Both the position numbers and the translations under genes were made by a program. DNA of 64,000 bases from the human T2T-CHM13v2.0 reference genome, Homo sapiens: the NCBI RefSeq assembly GCF_009914755.1, contig NC_060939.1. One strand, 5' to 3'. This document shows positions 28,808-44,001 of this stretch, piece after piece. The notes under the pieces are model-generated. The model was not told the origin of the DNA and ran no database searches. It saw only the letters and a list, made by a program, of their open reading frames with translations. Each line of letters begins with the position of its first letter. Position 1 is the stretch's first letter.

Positions 28808-29118
28808 GGCCGGGCGCGGTGGTTCACGCCTGTAATCCCAGCGCTTTGGGAGGCCGAGGCGGGCGGATCACGAGTTCAGGAGATCGAGACCATCCCGGCT
28901 AAAACGGTGAAACCCCGTCTCTACTAAAAATACAAAAAATTAGCCGGGCGTAGTGGCGGGCGCCTGTAGTCCCAGCTACTTGGGAGGCTGAGGCAGGAGA
29001 ATGACGTGAACCCGGGAGGCGGAGCTTGCAGTGAGCCGAGATCCCGGCCAACTGCGCTCCAGCCTGGGCGACAGAGCGAGACTCCGTCTCAAAAAAAAAA
29101 AAAAAAAAAAAAAAAAAA
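28808..29118 (+). mobile_element. AluYa5, array copy 7 (A28)
   Basis: Same sequence, flanks and TSD. Confidence 0.95.
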
Positions 29119-32100
29119 GAAAAGAGTAGTTCAACTCTGTCAGTTGAATGCACACATCACAAGGAAATTTCTAAGAATGCTTCTGTCTAGTTTTTATGTG
29201 AAGATATTTCCTTTTCCACCGTAGGCCTCAAAGCCCTCCAAGTATCCACTTGTAAATTCTACAAAAAGAGAGTTTCAATACTTCTCAATCAAAAGAAAAG
29301 TTCAACTCTGTGGGGTGAATGCACACATCAAAAAACAGCTTCTCAGAATGCCTCTGTCTAGTTTTTATATGAAGATATTTCCTGTTCCACCATAGGCCAC
29401 AAAGCACTCCAAATATCCATTTTCAGATTCCACAAAAAGAGTGTTTCAAAACTGCCCAATAAAAAAAAAGTTCAACTCTGTGAGATGAACGCACACCTCA
29501 CAAAGAAGATTCTCAGAATGCTTCTGTGTAGTTTTTATGTGAAGATATTTCCTTTTCCACCATGGGCCCCAAAGGGCTCCAAATATCCACTTGCAGATTG
29601 TACAAAAAGAGTGTTTCAAAACTGCTCAATCAAAAGGAAGTTTCACCTTTGTGAGATGGATGCACACATCACAGTACAGTTTCTCAGAGTGATTCTGTCT
29701 AGCTTTTATACGAAGATATTTCCTTTTCCCCCATAGGCTGCAAAGCGCTCCAAATATCCATTTGCAGATTCCACAAGAAGTGTGCTTCAAAACTGCTCAA
29801 TCAAAAGAAAGGCTCAACTCTGTGAGATGAACGCACGCATCACAAAGAAGCTACTCGGAATGCTTCTGTCGAGCTTTTATGTGATGATATTTCCTTTTCC
29901 ACCATAGGCCCCAAACCACTCCAAATATCTGCTTGCAGATACTAAAAAAAGAGTGTTTCAAAACTTCTCAAACAAAAGCAAGGTTGAATTCTGTGAGATG
30001 AGCGTACACATCACAAAGAAGTTTCTGAGAATGCTTCTGTCTAGTTTTTATGTGAAGGTATTTCCTTTTCCACCATTGGCCGCAAAGCACTCCAAATATA
30101 CACTTGCAGATTCTACAAAAAGAGTGTTTCACAGCTGCTCAATCAAAAGAAAGGCTGAACTCTGTGAGATGAATGCACTTATCAGAAAGAAGTTTCTTAG
30201 AATGCTTCTGTCTCGTTTTTAAGTGAAGACATTTCCTTTTCCATCATAGGCCTCAAAGCGCTCCAAATATCCACTTCCAGATTCTACAAAAAGAGTGTTT
30301 CAAAACTGAACCATCAAAAGAAAGGTTTAACACTATGAGACGAATGCACACATCACAAAGCTGTATCTCAGAATGCTTCTGTCTAGTTTTTATGTGAAGA
30401 TATTTCCTTTTCCACCATAGGACTCAAAGAACTCTAAATCTCCACTTGCAGATTCTACAGAGGGTTTCAAAACTGCTCAAGGAAAAGAAAGGTTCAACTC
30501 TGCGAGATGAATGGACACCTCACAGAGAAGTCTCTCAGAATTCTTCTGTGATGTTTTTATGTGAAGATAATGCTTTTCAACCATAGGCCTCAAAGCGCTC
30601 CATATATCCAATTGCAGATTCCACAAAAAGACTGTTTCAAAACTGTTCAATTGAAAGAAAGGTTCAACTCTGTGAGATGAATGCACAAATCACAAAGAGG
30701 TTTCTCAGAATGTTTCTGCCTAGTTTTTGTGCGAAGATAATTCCTTTTCCCACATAGGCCGCAAAGTGCTCCAAATACACACTTGCAGATTCTACATAAA
30801 GAGTTTTTCAAAACTGCTCAATCAAAAGAAACTGCTCATTCAACTCTGTGAGATGAATGTATACATCACAAAGTAGTTTCTCAGAATGCTTCCGTTTTTG
30901 TGTGAAGATATTTCCCTTTTCACCATAGGCCACAAGGCGTCCCAAATATCTACTGGCAGTTTCTACAAAGAGACTGTTTCAAAACTGCTCAATCAAAAGA
31001 AAGACTCAACTCTGTGAGATGCATGCACACATCACAAAGTAGTTTCTCAGAGTGCTTCTGTCTAGTTTTTATGTGAAGATATTTCCTTTTCCACCATAGG
31101 CCTCAAAGTGCTCCAAATATTCACTTGCAGATTCTACAAAAAGAGTGTTTCAAAACTGCTCAATAAAAAGACAGGTTCAACTCTGTGAGATGAATGCACA
31201 CATCAAAAAGAAGTTTCCCAGAATACTTCTGTCTAGTTTTTATATGAAGGTATTGCCTTTTACACCATAGGCCGCAAATCATGCCAAATATCCACTTGCA
31301 GATTCTCCGAAAAGGTGTTTCTTAACTACTCAATTAAAACAAAGGTTCAACTTTGTGTGATGGACGCATACATTACAAGGAAGTTTCACAGAATGCTTCT
31401 GCCTAGATTTTAGGTGAAGGTATTTCCTTTTCCACCATAGTCCTCAAAAACCTTCAAATATCCACTTACACATTCTCCAAAAGAGGGTTTCCAAACTGCT
31501 CAGTCAAAAGATAGGTTAAACACTGTGAGATGAATGCACACATCACAAAGGAGTTTCTCAGAATGCTTCTGTCTACTTTTTATGTGAAGATATTTTCTTT
31601 TACACCATAGGCTGCAAATCGCTCCAAATATCCAATAGCAGACTCTAGAAAAGCAGAGTTGCAAACTGCTCAATCAAAAGAAAGTTTCACCTTTATGTGA
31701 TGAATGCACACATCACAAAGAAGTTTCTCAGAATGCTTCTGTCTGGTTTTTATGGGAAGATATTGCCTTTTCCACCATAGACCACAAAGCGCTCCAAATA
31801 TCCTCTTGCAGGTTCTACAAAGAGAGTGTTTCAAAACTGCTCCATCAAAAGAAATGTACAACTCTGTGAGATGAACGCACACATCACAAAGAAGCTTCTC
31901 AGAATGATCTGTCTAGATTTTATGTGAAGATATTTCCTTTTCCAGCAAGGGCCTCAAAGCGCTCCAAATATCCACTTGCAGATTATACAAAAAGAGTTTT
32001 TCAAAAATGTTCAATCAAAAGAAAGGTTCAACTCTGTGTGATGAATGCACCCGTCACAAAGAAGTTTCTCAGAATGCTTCTGATTAGTTTTTATGTGAAG

Positions 32101-32201
32101 ATATTTCCTTCTGCTCTATAGGATTCAAAGCGCTCCTAATATCCATTTTCAGATACTACCAAAAGACTGTCTCCACACTGCTCAATCAAAAGAATAGTTC
32201 A

Positions 32202-32547
<346 letters not shown>

Positions 32548-35500
32548 TCACAAGGAAATTTCTAAGAATGCTTCTGTCTAGTTTTTATGTGAAGATATTT
32601 CCTTTTCCACCGTAGGCCTCAAAGCCCTCCAAGTATCCACTTGTAAATTCTACAAAAAGAGAGTTTCAATACTTCTCAATCAAAAGAAAAGTTCAACTCT
32701 GTGGGGTGAATGCACACATCAAAAAACAGCTTCTCAGAATGCCTCTGTCTAGTTTTTATATGAAGATATTTCCTGTTCCACCATAGGCCACAAAGCACTC
32801 CAAATATCCATTTTCAGATTCCACAAAAAGAGTGTTTCAAAACTGCCCAATAAAAAAAAAGTTCAACTCTGTGAGATGAAGGCACACCTCACAAAGAAGA
32901 TTCTCAGAATGCTTCTGTGTAGTTTTTATGTGAAGATATTTCCTTTTCCACCATGGGCCCCAAAGGGCTCCAAATATCCACTTGCAGATTGTACAAAAAG
33001 AGTGTTTCAAAACTGCTCAATCAAAAGGAAGTTTCACCTTTGTGAGATGGATGCACACATCACAGTACAGTTTCTCAGAGTGATTCTGTCTAGCTTTTAT
33101 ACGAAGATATTTCCTTTTCCCCCATAGGCTGCAAAGCGCTCCAAATATCCATTTGCAGATTCCACAAGAAGTGTGCTTCAAAACTGCTCAATCAAAAGAA
33201 AGGCTCAACTCTGTGAGATGAACGCACGCATCACAAAGAAGCTACTCGGAATGCTTCTGTCGAGCTTTTATGTGATGATATTTCCTTTTCCACCATAGGC
33301 CCCAAACCACTCCAAATATCTGCTTGCAGATACTAAAAAAAGAGTGTTTCAAAACTTCTCAAACAAAAGCAAGGTTGAATTCTGTGAGATGAGCGTACAC
33401 ATCACAAAGAAGTTTCTGAGAATGCTTCTGTCTAGTTTTTATGTGAAGGTATTTCCTTTTCCACCATTGGCCGCAAAGCACTCCAAATATACACTTGCAG
33501 ATTCTACAAAAAGAGTGTTTCACAGCTGCTCAATCAAAAGAAAGGCTGAACTCTGTGAGATGAATGCACTTATCAGAAAGAAGTTTCTTAGAATGCTTCT
33601 GTCTCGTTTTTAAGTGAAGACATTTCCTTTTCCATCATAGGCCTCAAAGCGCTCCAAATATCCACTTCCAGATTCTACAAAAAGAGTGTTTCAAAACTGA
33701 ACCATCAAAAGAAAGGTTTAACACTATGAGACGAATGCACACATCACAAAGCTGTATCTCAGAATGCTTCTGTCTAGTTTTTATGTGAAGATATTTCCTT
33801 TTCCACCATAGGACTCAAAGAACTCTAAATCTCCACTTGCAGATTCTACAGAGGGTTTCAAAACTGCTCAAGGAAAAGAAAGGTTCAACTCTGCGAGATG
33901 AATGGACACCTCACAGAGAAGTCTCTCAGAATTCTTCTGTGATGTTTTTATGTGAAGATAATGCTTTTCAACCATAGGCCTCAAAGCGCTCCATATATCC
34001 AATTGCAGATTCCACAAAAAGACTGTTTCAAAACTGTTCAATTGAAAGAAAGGTTCAACTCTGTGAGATGAATGCACAAATCACAAAGAGGTTTCTCAGA
34101 ATGTTTCTGCCTAGTTTTTGTGCGAAGATAATTCCTTTTCCCACATAGGCCGCAAAGTGCTCCAAATACACACTTGCAGATTCTACATAAAGAGTTTTTC
34201 AAAACTGCTCAATCAAAAGAAACTGCTCATTCAACTCTGTGAGATGAATGTATACATCACAAAGTAGTTTCTCAGAATGCTTCCGTTTTTGTGTGAAGAT
34301 ATTTCCCTTTTCACCATAGGCCACAAGGCGTCCCAAATATCTACTGGCAGTTTCTACAAAGAGACTGTTTCAAAACTGCTCAATCAAAAGAAAGACTCAA
34401 CTCTGTGAGATGCATGCACACATCACAAAGTAGTTTCTCAGAGTGCTTCTGTCTAGTTTTTATGTGAAGATATTTCCTTTTCCACCATAGGCCTCAAAGT
34501 GCTCCAAATATTCACTTGCAGATTCTACAAAAAGAGTGTTTCAAAACTGCTCAATAAAAAGACAGGTTCAACTCTGTGAGATGAATGCACACATCAAAAA
34601 GAAGTTTCCCAGAATACTTCTGTCTAGTTTTTATATGAAGGTATTGCCTTTTACACCATAGGCCGCAAATCATGCCAAATATCCACTTGCAGATTCTCCG
34701 AAAAGGTGTTTCTTAACTACTCAATTAAAACAAAGGTTCAACTTTGTGTGATGGACGCATACATTACAAGGAAGTTTCACAGAATGCTTCTGCCTAGATT
34801 TTAGGTGAAGGTATTTCCTTTTCCACCATAGTCCTCAAAAACCTTCAAATATCCACTTACACATTCTCCAAAAGAGGGTTTCCAAACTGCTCAGTCAAAA
34901 GATAGGTTAAACACTGTGAGATGAATGCACACATCACAAAGGAGTTTCTCAGAATGCTTCTGTCTACTTTTTATGTGAAGATATTTTCTTTTACACCATA
35001 GGCTGCAAATCGCTCCAAATATCCAATAGCAGACTCTAGAAAAGCAGAGTTGCAAACTGCTCAATCAAAAGAAAGTTTCACCTTTATGTGATGAATGCAC
35101 ACATCACAAAGAAGTTTCTCAGAATGCTTCTGTCTGGTTTTTATGGGAAGATATTGCCTTTTCCACCATAGACCACAAAGCGCTCCAAATATCCTCTTGC
35201 AGGTTCTACAAAGAGAGTGTTTCAAAACTGCTCCATCAAAAGAAATGTACAACTCTGTGAGATGAACGCACACATCACAAAGAAGCTTCTCAGAATGATC
35301 TGTCTAGATTTTATGTGAAGATATTTCCTTTTCCAGCAAGGGCCTCAAAGCGCTCCAAATATCCACTTGCAGATTATACAAAAAGAGTTTTTCAAAAATG
35401 TTCAATCAAAAGAAAGGTTCAACTCTGTGTGATGAATGCACCCGTCACAAAGAAGTTTCTCAGAATGCTTCTGATTAGTTTTTATGTGAAGATATTTCCT

Positions 35501-35592
35501 TCTGCTCTATAGGATTCAAAGCGCTCCTAATATCCATTTTCAGATACTACCAAAAGACTGTCTCCACACTGCTCAATCAAAAGAATAGTTCA

Positions 35593-35914
<322 letters not shown>

Positions 35915-38900
35915 TCAACTCTGTCAGTTGAATGCACACATCACAAGGAAATTTCTAAGAATGCTTCTGTCTAGTTTTTATGTGAAGATATTTCCTTTTC
36001 CACCGTAGGCCTCAAAGCCCTCCAAGTATCCACTTGTAAATTCTACAAAAAGAGAGTTTCAATACTTCTCAATCAAAAGAAAAGTTCAACTCTGTGGGGT
36101 GAATGCACACATCAAAAAACAGCTTCTCAGAATGCCTCTGTCTAGTTTTTATATGAAGATATTTCCTGTTCCACCATAGGCCACAAAGCACTCCAAATAT
36201 CCATTTTCAGATTCCACAAAAAGAGTGTTTCAAAACTGCCCAATAAAAAAAAAGTTCAACTCTGTGAGATGAAGGCACACCTCACAAAGAAGATTCTCAG
36301 AATGCTTCTGTGTAGTTTTTATGTGAAGATATTTCCTTTTCCACCATGGGCCCCAAAGGGCTCCAAATATCCACTTGCAGATTGTACAAAAAGAGTGTTT
36401 CAAAACTGCTCAATCAAAAGGAAGTTTCACCTTTGTGAGATGGATGCACACATCACAGTACAGTTTCTCAGAGTGATTCTGTCTAGCTTTTATACGAAGA
36501 TATTTCCTTTTCCCCCATAGGCTGCAAAGCGCTCCAAATATCCATTTGCAGATTCCACAAGAAGTGTGCTTCAAAACTGCTCAATCAAAAGAAAGGCTCA
36601 ACTCTGTGAGATGAACGCACGCATCACAAAGAAGCTACTCGGAATGCTTCTGTCGAGCTTTTATGTGATGATATTTCCTTTTCCACCATAGGCCCCAAAC
36701 CACTCCAAATATCTGCTTGCAGATACTAAAAAAAGAGTGTTTCAAAACTTCTCAAACAAAAGCAAGGTTGAATTCTGTGAGATGAGCGTACACATCACAA
36801 AGAAGTTTCTGAGAATGCTTCTGTCTAGTTTTTATGTGAAGGTATTTCCTTTTCCACCATTGGCCGCAAAGCACTCCAAATATACACTTGCAGATTCTAC
36901 AAAAAGAGTGTTTCACAGCTGCTCAATCAAAAGAAAGGCTGAACTCTGTGAGATGAATGCACTTATCAGAAAGAAGTTTCTTAGAATGCTTCTGTCTCGT
37001 TTTTAAGTGAAGACATTTCCTTTTCCATCATAGGCCTCAAAGCGCTCCAAATATCCACTTCCAGATTCTACAAAAAGAGTGTTTCAAAACTGAACCATCA
37101 AAAGAAAGGTTTAACACTATGAGACGAATGCACACATCACAAAGCTGTATCTCAGAATGCTTCTGTCTAGTTTTTATGTGAAGATATTTCCTTTTCCACC
37201 ATAGGACTCAAAGAACTCTAAATCTCCACTTGCAGATTCTACAGAGGGTTTCAAAACTGCTCAAGGAAAAGAAAGGTTCAACTCTGCGAGATGAATGGAC
37301 ACCTCACAGAGAAGTCTCTCAGAATTCTTCTGTGATGTTTTTATGTGAAGATAATGCTTTTCAACCATAGGCCTCAAAGCGCTCCATATATCCAATTGCA
37401 GATTCCACAAAAAGACTGTTTCAAAACTGTTCAATTGAAAGAAAGGTTCAACTCTGTGAGATGAATGCACAAATCACAAAGAGGTTTCTCAGAATGTTTC
37501 TGCCTAGTTTTTGTGCGAAGATAATTCCTTTTCCCACATAGGCCGCAAAGTGCTCCAAATACACACTTGCAGATTCTACATAAAGAGTTTTTCAAAACTG
37601 CTCAATCAAAAGAAACTGCTCATTCAACTCTGTGAGATGAATGTATACATCACAAAGTAGTTTCTCAGAATGCTTCCGTTTTTGTGTGAAGATATTTCCC
37701 TTTTCACCATAGGCCACAAGGCATCCCAAATATCTACTGGCAGTTTCTACAAAGAGACTGTTTCAAAACTGCTCAATCAAAAGAAAGACTCAACTCTGTG
37801 AGATGCATGCACACATCACAAAGTAGTTTCTCAGAGTGCTTCTGTCTAGTTTTTATGTGAAGATATTTCCTTTTCCACCATAGGCCTCAAAGTGCTCCAA
37901 ATATTCACTTGCAGATTCTACAAAAAGAGTGTTTCAAAACTGCTCAATAAAAAGACAGGTTCAACTCTGTGAGATGAATGCACACATCAAAAAGAAGTTT
38001 CCCAGAATACTTCTGTCTAGTTTTTATATGAAGGTATTGCCTTTTACACCATAGGCCGCAAATCATGCCAAATATCCACTTGCAGATTCTCCGAAAAGGT
38101 GTTTCTTAACTACTCAATTAAAACAAAGGTTCAACTTTGTGTGATGGACGCATACATTACAAGGAAGTTTCACAGAATGCTTCTGCCTAGATTTTAGGTG
38201 AAGGTATTTCCTTTTCCACCATAGTCCTCAAAAACCTTCAAATATCCACTTACACATTCTCCAAAAGAGGGTTTCCAAACTGCTCAGTCAAAAGATAGGT
38301 TAAACACTGTGAGATGAATGCACACATCACAAAGGAGTTTCTCAGAATGCTTCTGTCTACTTTTTATGTGAAGATATTTTCTTTTACACCATAGGCTGCA
38401 AATCGCTCCAAATATCCAATAGCAGACTCTAGAAAAGCAGAGTTGCAAACTGCTCAATCAAAAGAAAGTTTCACCTTTATGTGATGAATGCACACATCAC
38501 AAAGAAGTTTCTCAGAATGCTTCTGTCTGGTTTTTATGGGAAGATATTGCCTTTTCCACCATAGACCACAAAGCGCTCCAAATATCCTCTTGCAGGTTCT
38601 ACAAAGAGAGTGTTTCAAAACTGCTCCATCAAAAGAAATGTACAACTCTGTGAGATGAAGGCACACATCACAAAGAAGCTTCTCAGAATGATCTGTCTAG
38701 ATTTTATGTGAAGATATTTCCTTTTCCAGCAAGGGCCTCAAAGCGCTCCAAATATCCACTTGCAGATTATACAAAAAGAGTTTTTCAAAAATGTTCAATC
38801 AAAAGAAAGGTTCAACTCTGTGTGATGAATGCACCCGTCACAAAGAAGTTTCTCAGAATGCTTCTGATTAGTTTTTATGTGAAGATATTTCCTTCTGCTC

Positions 38901-38985
38901 TATAGGATTCAAAGCGCTCCTAATATCCATTTTCAGATACTACCAAAAGACTGTCTCCACACTGCTCAATCAAAAGAATAGTTCA

Positions 38986-39293
38986 GGCCGGGCGCGGTGG
39001 TTCACGCCTGTAATCCCAGCGCTTTGGGAGGCCGAGGCGGGCGGATCACGAGTTCAGGAGATCGAGACCATCCCGGCTAAAACGGTGAAACCCCGTCTCT
39101 ACTAAAAATACAAAAAATTAGCCGGGCGTAGTGGCGGGCGCCTGTAGTCCCAGCTACTTGGGAGGCTGAGGCAGGAGAATGACGTGAACCCGGGAGGCGG
39201 AGCTTGCAGTGAGCCGAGATCCCGGCCAACTGCGCTCCAGCCTGGGCGACAGAGCGAGACTCCGTCTCAAAAAAAAAAAAAAAAAAAAAAAAA
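38986..39293 (+). mobile_element. AluYa5, array copy 10 (A25)
   Basis: Same sequence, flanks and TSD. Confidence 0.95.
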
Positions 39294-41268
39294 GAAAAGA
39301 GTAGTTCAACTCTGTCAGTTGAATGCACACATCACAAGGAAATTTCTAAGAATGCTTCTGTCTAGTTTTTATGTGAAGATATTTCCTTTTCCAGCGTAGG
39401 CCTCAAAGCCCTCCAAGTATCCACTTGTAAATTCTACAAAAAGAGAGTTTCAATACTTCTCAATCAAAAGAAAAGTTCAACTCTGTGGGGTGAATGCACA
39501 CATCAAAAAACAGCTTCTCAGAATGCCTCTGTCTAGTTTTTATATGAAGATATTTCCTGTTCCACCATAGGCCACAAAGCACTCCAAATATCCATTTTCA
39601 GATTCCACAAAAAGAGTGTTTCAAAACTGCCCAATAAAAAAAAAGTTCAACTCTGTGAGATGAACGCACACCTCACAAAGAAGATTCTCAGAATGCTTCT
39701 GTGTAGTTTTTATGTGAAGATATTTCCTTTTCCACCATGGGCCCCAAAGGGCTCCAAATATCCACTTGCAGATTGTACAAAAAGAGTGTTTCAAAACTGC
39801 TCAATCAAAAGGAAGTTTCACCTTTGTGAGATGGATGCACACATCACAGTACAGTTTCTCAGAGTGATTCTGTCTAGCTTTTATACGAAGATATTTCCTT
39901 TTCCCCCATAGGCTGCAAAGCGCTCCAAATATCCATTTGCAGATTCCACAAGAAGTGTGCTTCAAAACTGCTCAATCAAAAGAAAGGCTCAACTCTGTGA
40001 GATGAACGCACGCATCACAAAGAAGCTACTCGGAATGCTTCTGTCGAGCTTTTATGTGATGATATTTCCTTTTCCACCATAGGCCCCAAACCACTCCAAA
40101 TATCTGCTTGCAGATACTAAAAAAAGAGTGTTTCAAAACTTCTCAAACAAAAGCAAGGTTGAATTCTGTGAGATGAGCGTACACATCACAAAGAAGTTTC
40201 TGAGAATGCTTCTGTCTAGTTTTTATGTGAAGGTATTTCCTTTTCCACCATTGGCCGCAAAGCACTCCAAATATACACTTGCAGATTCTACAAAAAGAGT
40301 GTTTCACAGCTGCTCAATCAAAAGAAAGGCTGAACTCTGTGAGATGAATGCACTTATCAGAAAGAAGTTTCTTAGAATGCTTCTGTCTCGTTTTTAAGTG
40401 AAGACATTTCCTTTTCCATCATAGGCCTCAAAGCGCTCCAAATATCCACTTCCAGATTCTACAAAAAGAGTGTTTCAAAACTGAACCATCAAAAGAAAGG
40501 TTTAACACTATGAGACGAATGCACACATCACAAAGCTGTATCTCAGAATGCTTCTGTCTAGTTTTTATGTGAAGATATTTCCTTTTCCACCATAGGACTC
40601 AAAGAACTCTAAATCTCCACTTGCAGATTCTACAGAGGGTTTCAAAACTGCTCAAGGAAAAGAAAGGTTCAACTCTGCGAGATGAATGGACACCTCACAG
40701 AGAAGTCTCTCAGAATTCTTCTGTGATGTTTTTATGTGAAGATAATGCTTTTCAACCATAGGCCTCAAAGCGCTCCATATATCCAATTGCAGATTCCACA
40801 AAAAGACTGTTTCAAAACTGTTCAATTGAAAGAAAGGTTCAACTCTGTGAGATGAATGCACAAATCACAAAGAGGTTTCTCAGAATGTTTCTGCCTAGTT
40901 TTTGTGCGAAGATAATTCCTTTTCCCACATAGGCCGCAAAGTGCTCCAAATACACACTTGCAGATTCTACATAAAGAGTTTTTCAAAACTGCTCAATCAA
41001 AAGAAACTGCTCATTCAACTCTGTGAGATGAATGTATACATCACAAAGTAGTTTCTCAGAATGCTTCCGTTTTTGTGTGAAGATATTTCCCTTTTCACCA
41101 TAGGCCACAAGGCGTCCCAAATATCTACTGGCAGTTTCTACAAAGAGACTGTTTCAAAACTGCTCAATCAAAAGAAAGACTCAACTCTGTGAGATGCATG
41201 CACACATCACAAAGTAGTTTCTCAGAGTGCTTCTGTCTAGTTTTTATGTGAAGATATTTCCTTTTCCA

Positions 41269-42970
41269 CCATAGGCCTCAAAGTGCTCCAAATATTCACT
41301 TGCAGATTCTACAAAAAGAGTGTTTCAAAACTGCTCAATAAAAAGACAGGTTCAACTCTGTGAGATGAATGCACACATCAAAAAGAAGTTTCCCAGAATA
41401 CTTCTGTCTAGTTTTTATATGAAGGTATTGCCTTTTACACCATAGGCCGCAAATCATGCCAAATATCCACTTGCAGATTCTCCGAAAAGGTGTTTCTTAA
41501 CTACTCAATTAAAACAAAGGTTCAACTTTGTGTGATGGACGCATACATTACAAGGAAGTTTCACAGAATGCTTCTGCCTAGATTTTAGGTGAAGGTATTT
41601 CCTTTTCCACCATAGTCCTCAAAAACCTTCAAATATCCACTTACACATTCTCCAAAAGAGGGTTTCCAAACTGCTCAGTCAAAAGATAGGTTAAACACTG
41701 TGAGATGAATGCACACATCACAAAGGAGTTTCTCAGAATGCTTCTGTCTACTTTTTATGTGAAGATATTTTCTTTTACACCATAGGCTGCAAATCGCTCC
41801 AAATATCCAATAGCAGACTCTAGAAAAGCAGAGTTGCAAACTGCTCAATCAAAAGAAAGTTTCACCTTTATGTGATGAATGCACACATCACAAAGAAGTT
41901 TCTCAGAATGCTTCTGTCTGGTTTTTATGGGAAGATATTGCCTTTTCCACCATAGACCACAAAGCGCTCCAAATATCCTCTTGCAGGTTCTACAAAGAGA
42001 GTGTTTCAAAACTGCTCCATCAAAAGAAATGTACAACTCTGTGAGATGAAGGCACACATCACAAAGAAGCTTCTCAGAATGATCTGTCTAGATTTTATGT
42101 GAAGATATTTCCTTTTCCACCATAGGCCTCAAAGTGCTCCAAATATTCACTTGCAGATTCTACAAAAAGAGTGTTTCAAAACTGCTCAATAAAAAGACAG
42201 GTTCAACTCTGTGAGATGAATGCACACATCAAAAAGAAGTTTCCCAGAATACTTCCGTCTAGTTTTTATATGAATGTATTGCCTTTTACACCATAGGCCG
42301 CAAATCATGCCAAATATCCACTTGCAGATTCTCCAAAAGGGTGTTTCTTAACTGCTCAATTAAAACAAAGGTTCAACTTTGTGTGATGAACGCATACATT
42401 ACAAGGAAGTTTCACAGAATGCTTCTGCCTAGTTTTTAGGTGAAGGTATTTCCTTTTCCACCATAGTCCTCAAAACCCTTCAAATATCCACTTACACATT
42501 CTCCAAAAGAGGGTTTCCAAACTGCTCAATCAAAAGATAGGTTAAACACTGTGAGATGAATGCACACATCACAAAGGAGTTTCTCAGAATGCTTCTGTCT
42601 ACTTTTTATGTGAAGATATTTTCTTTTACACCATAGGCTGCAAATCGCTCCAAATATCCAATAGCAGACTCTAGAAAAGCAGTGTTGCAAACTACTCAAT
42701 CAAAAGAAAGTTTCACCATTATGTGATGAATGCACACATCACAAAGAAGTTTCTCAGAATGCTTCTGTCTGGTTTTTATGGGAAGATATTGCCTTTTCCA
42801 CCGTAGACCACAAAGCGCTCCAAATATCCTCTTTCAGGTTCTACAAAGAGAGTGTTTCAAAACTGCTCCATCAAAAGAAATGTACAACTCTGTGAGATGA
42901 ACGCACACATCACAAAGAAGCTTCTCAGAATGATCTGTCTAGTTTTTATGTGAAGATATTTCCTTTTCCA
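41269..42970. repeat. 851-bp (5-monomer) direct duplication inside the last unit
   Basis: 42120 onward (CCATAGGCCTCAAAGTGCTCCAAATATTCAC) restarts the sequence seen at 41269. The recurring 65-aa ORF expected at 42099 appears at 42950. Confidence 0.93.
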
Positions 42971-43227
42971 GCAAGGGGCTCAAAGCGCTCCAAATATCCA
43001 CTTGCAGATTATACAAAAAGAGTTTTTCAAAAATGTTCAATCAAAAGAAAGGTTCAACTCTGTGTGATGAATGCACCCGTCACAAAGAAGTTTCTCAGAA
43101 TGCTTCTTATTAGTTTTTATGTGAAGATATTTCCTTCTGCTCTATAGGACTCAAAGCGCTCCTAATATCCATTTTCAGATACTACCAAAAGACTGTCTCC
43201 ACACTGCTCAATCAAAAGAATAGTTCA

Positions 43228-43639
<412 letters not shown>

Positions 43640-44001
43640 TCAAAGCCCTCCAAGTATCCACTTGTTAATTCTACAAAAAGAGAGTTTCAATACTTCTCAA
43701 TCAAAAGAAAAGTTCAACTCTGTGGGATGAATGCACACATCAAAAAACAGCTTCTCAGAATGCCTCTGTCTAGTTTTTATATGAAGATATTTCCTGTTCC
43801 ACCATAGGTCACAAAGCACTCCAAATATCCATTTTCAGATTCCACAAAAAGAGTGTTTCAAAACTGCTCAATAAAAAAAAAGTTCAACTCTGTGAGATGA
43901 ACGCACACCTCACAAAGAAGATTCTCAGAATGCTTCTGTGTAGTTTTTATGTGAAGATATTTCGTTTTCCACCATGGGCCCCAAAGGGCTCCAAATATCC
44001 A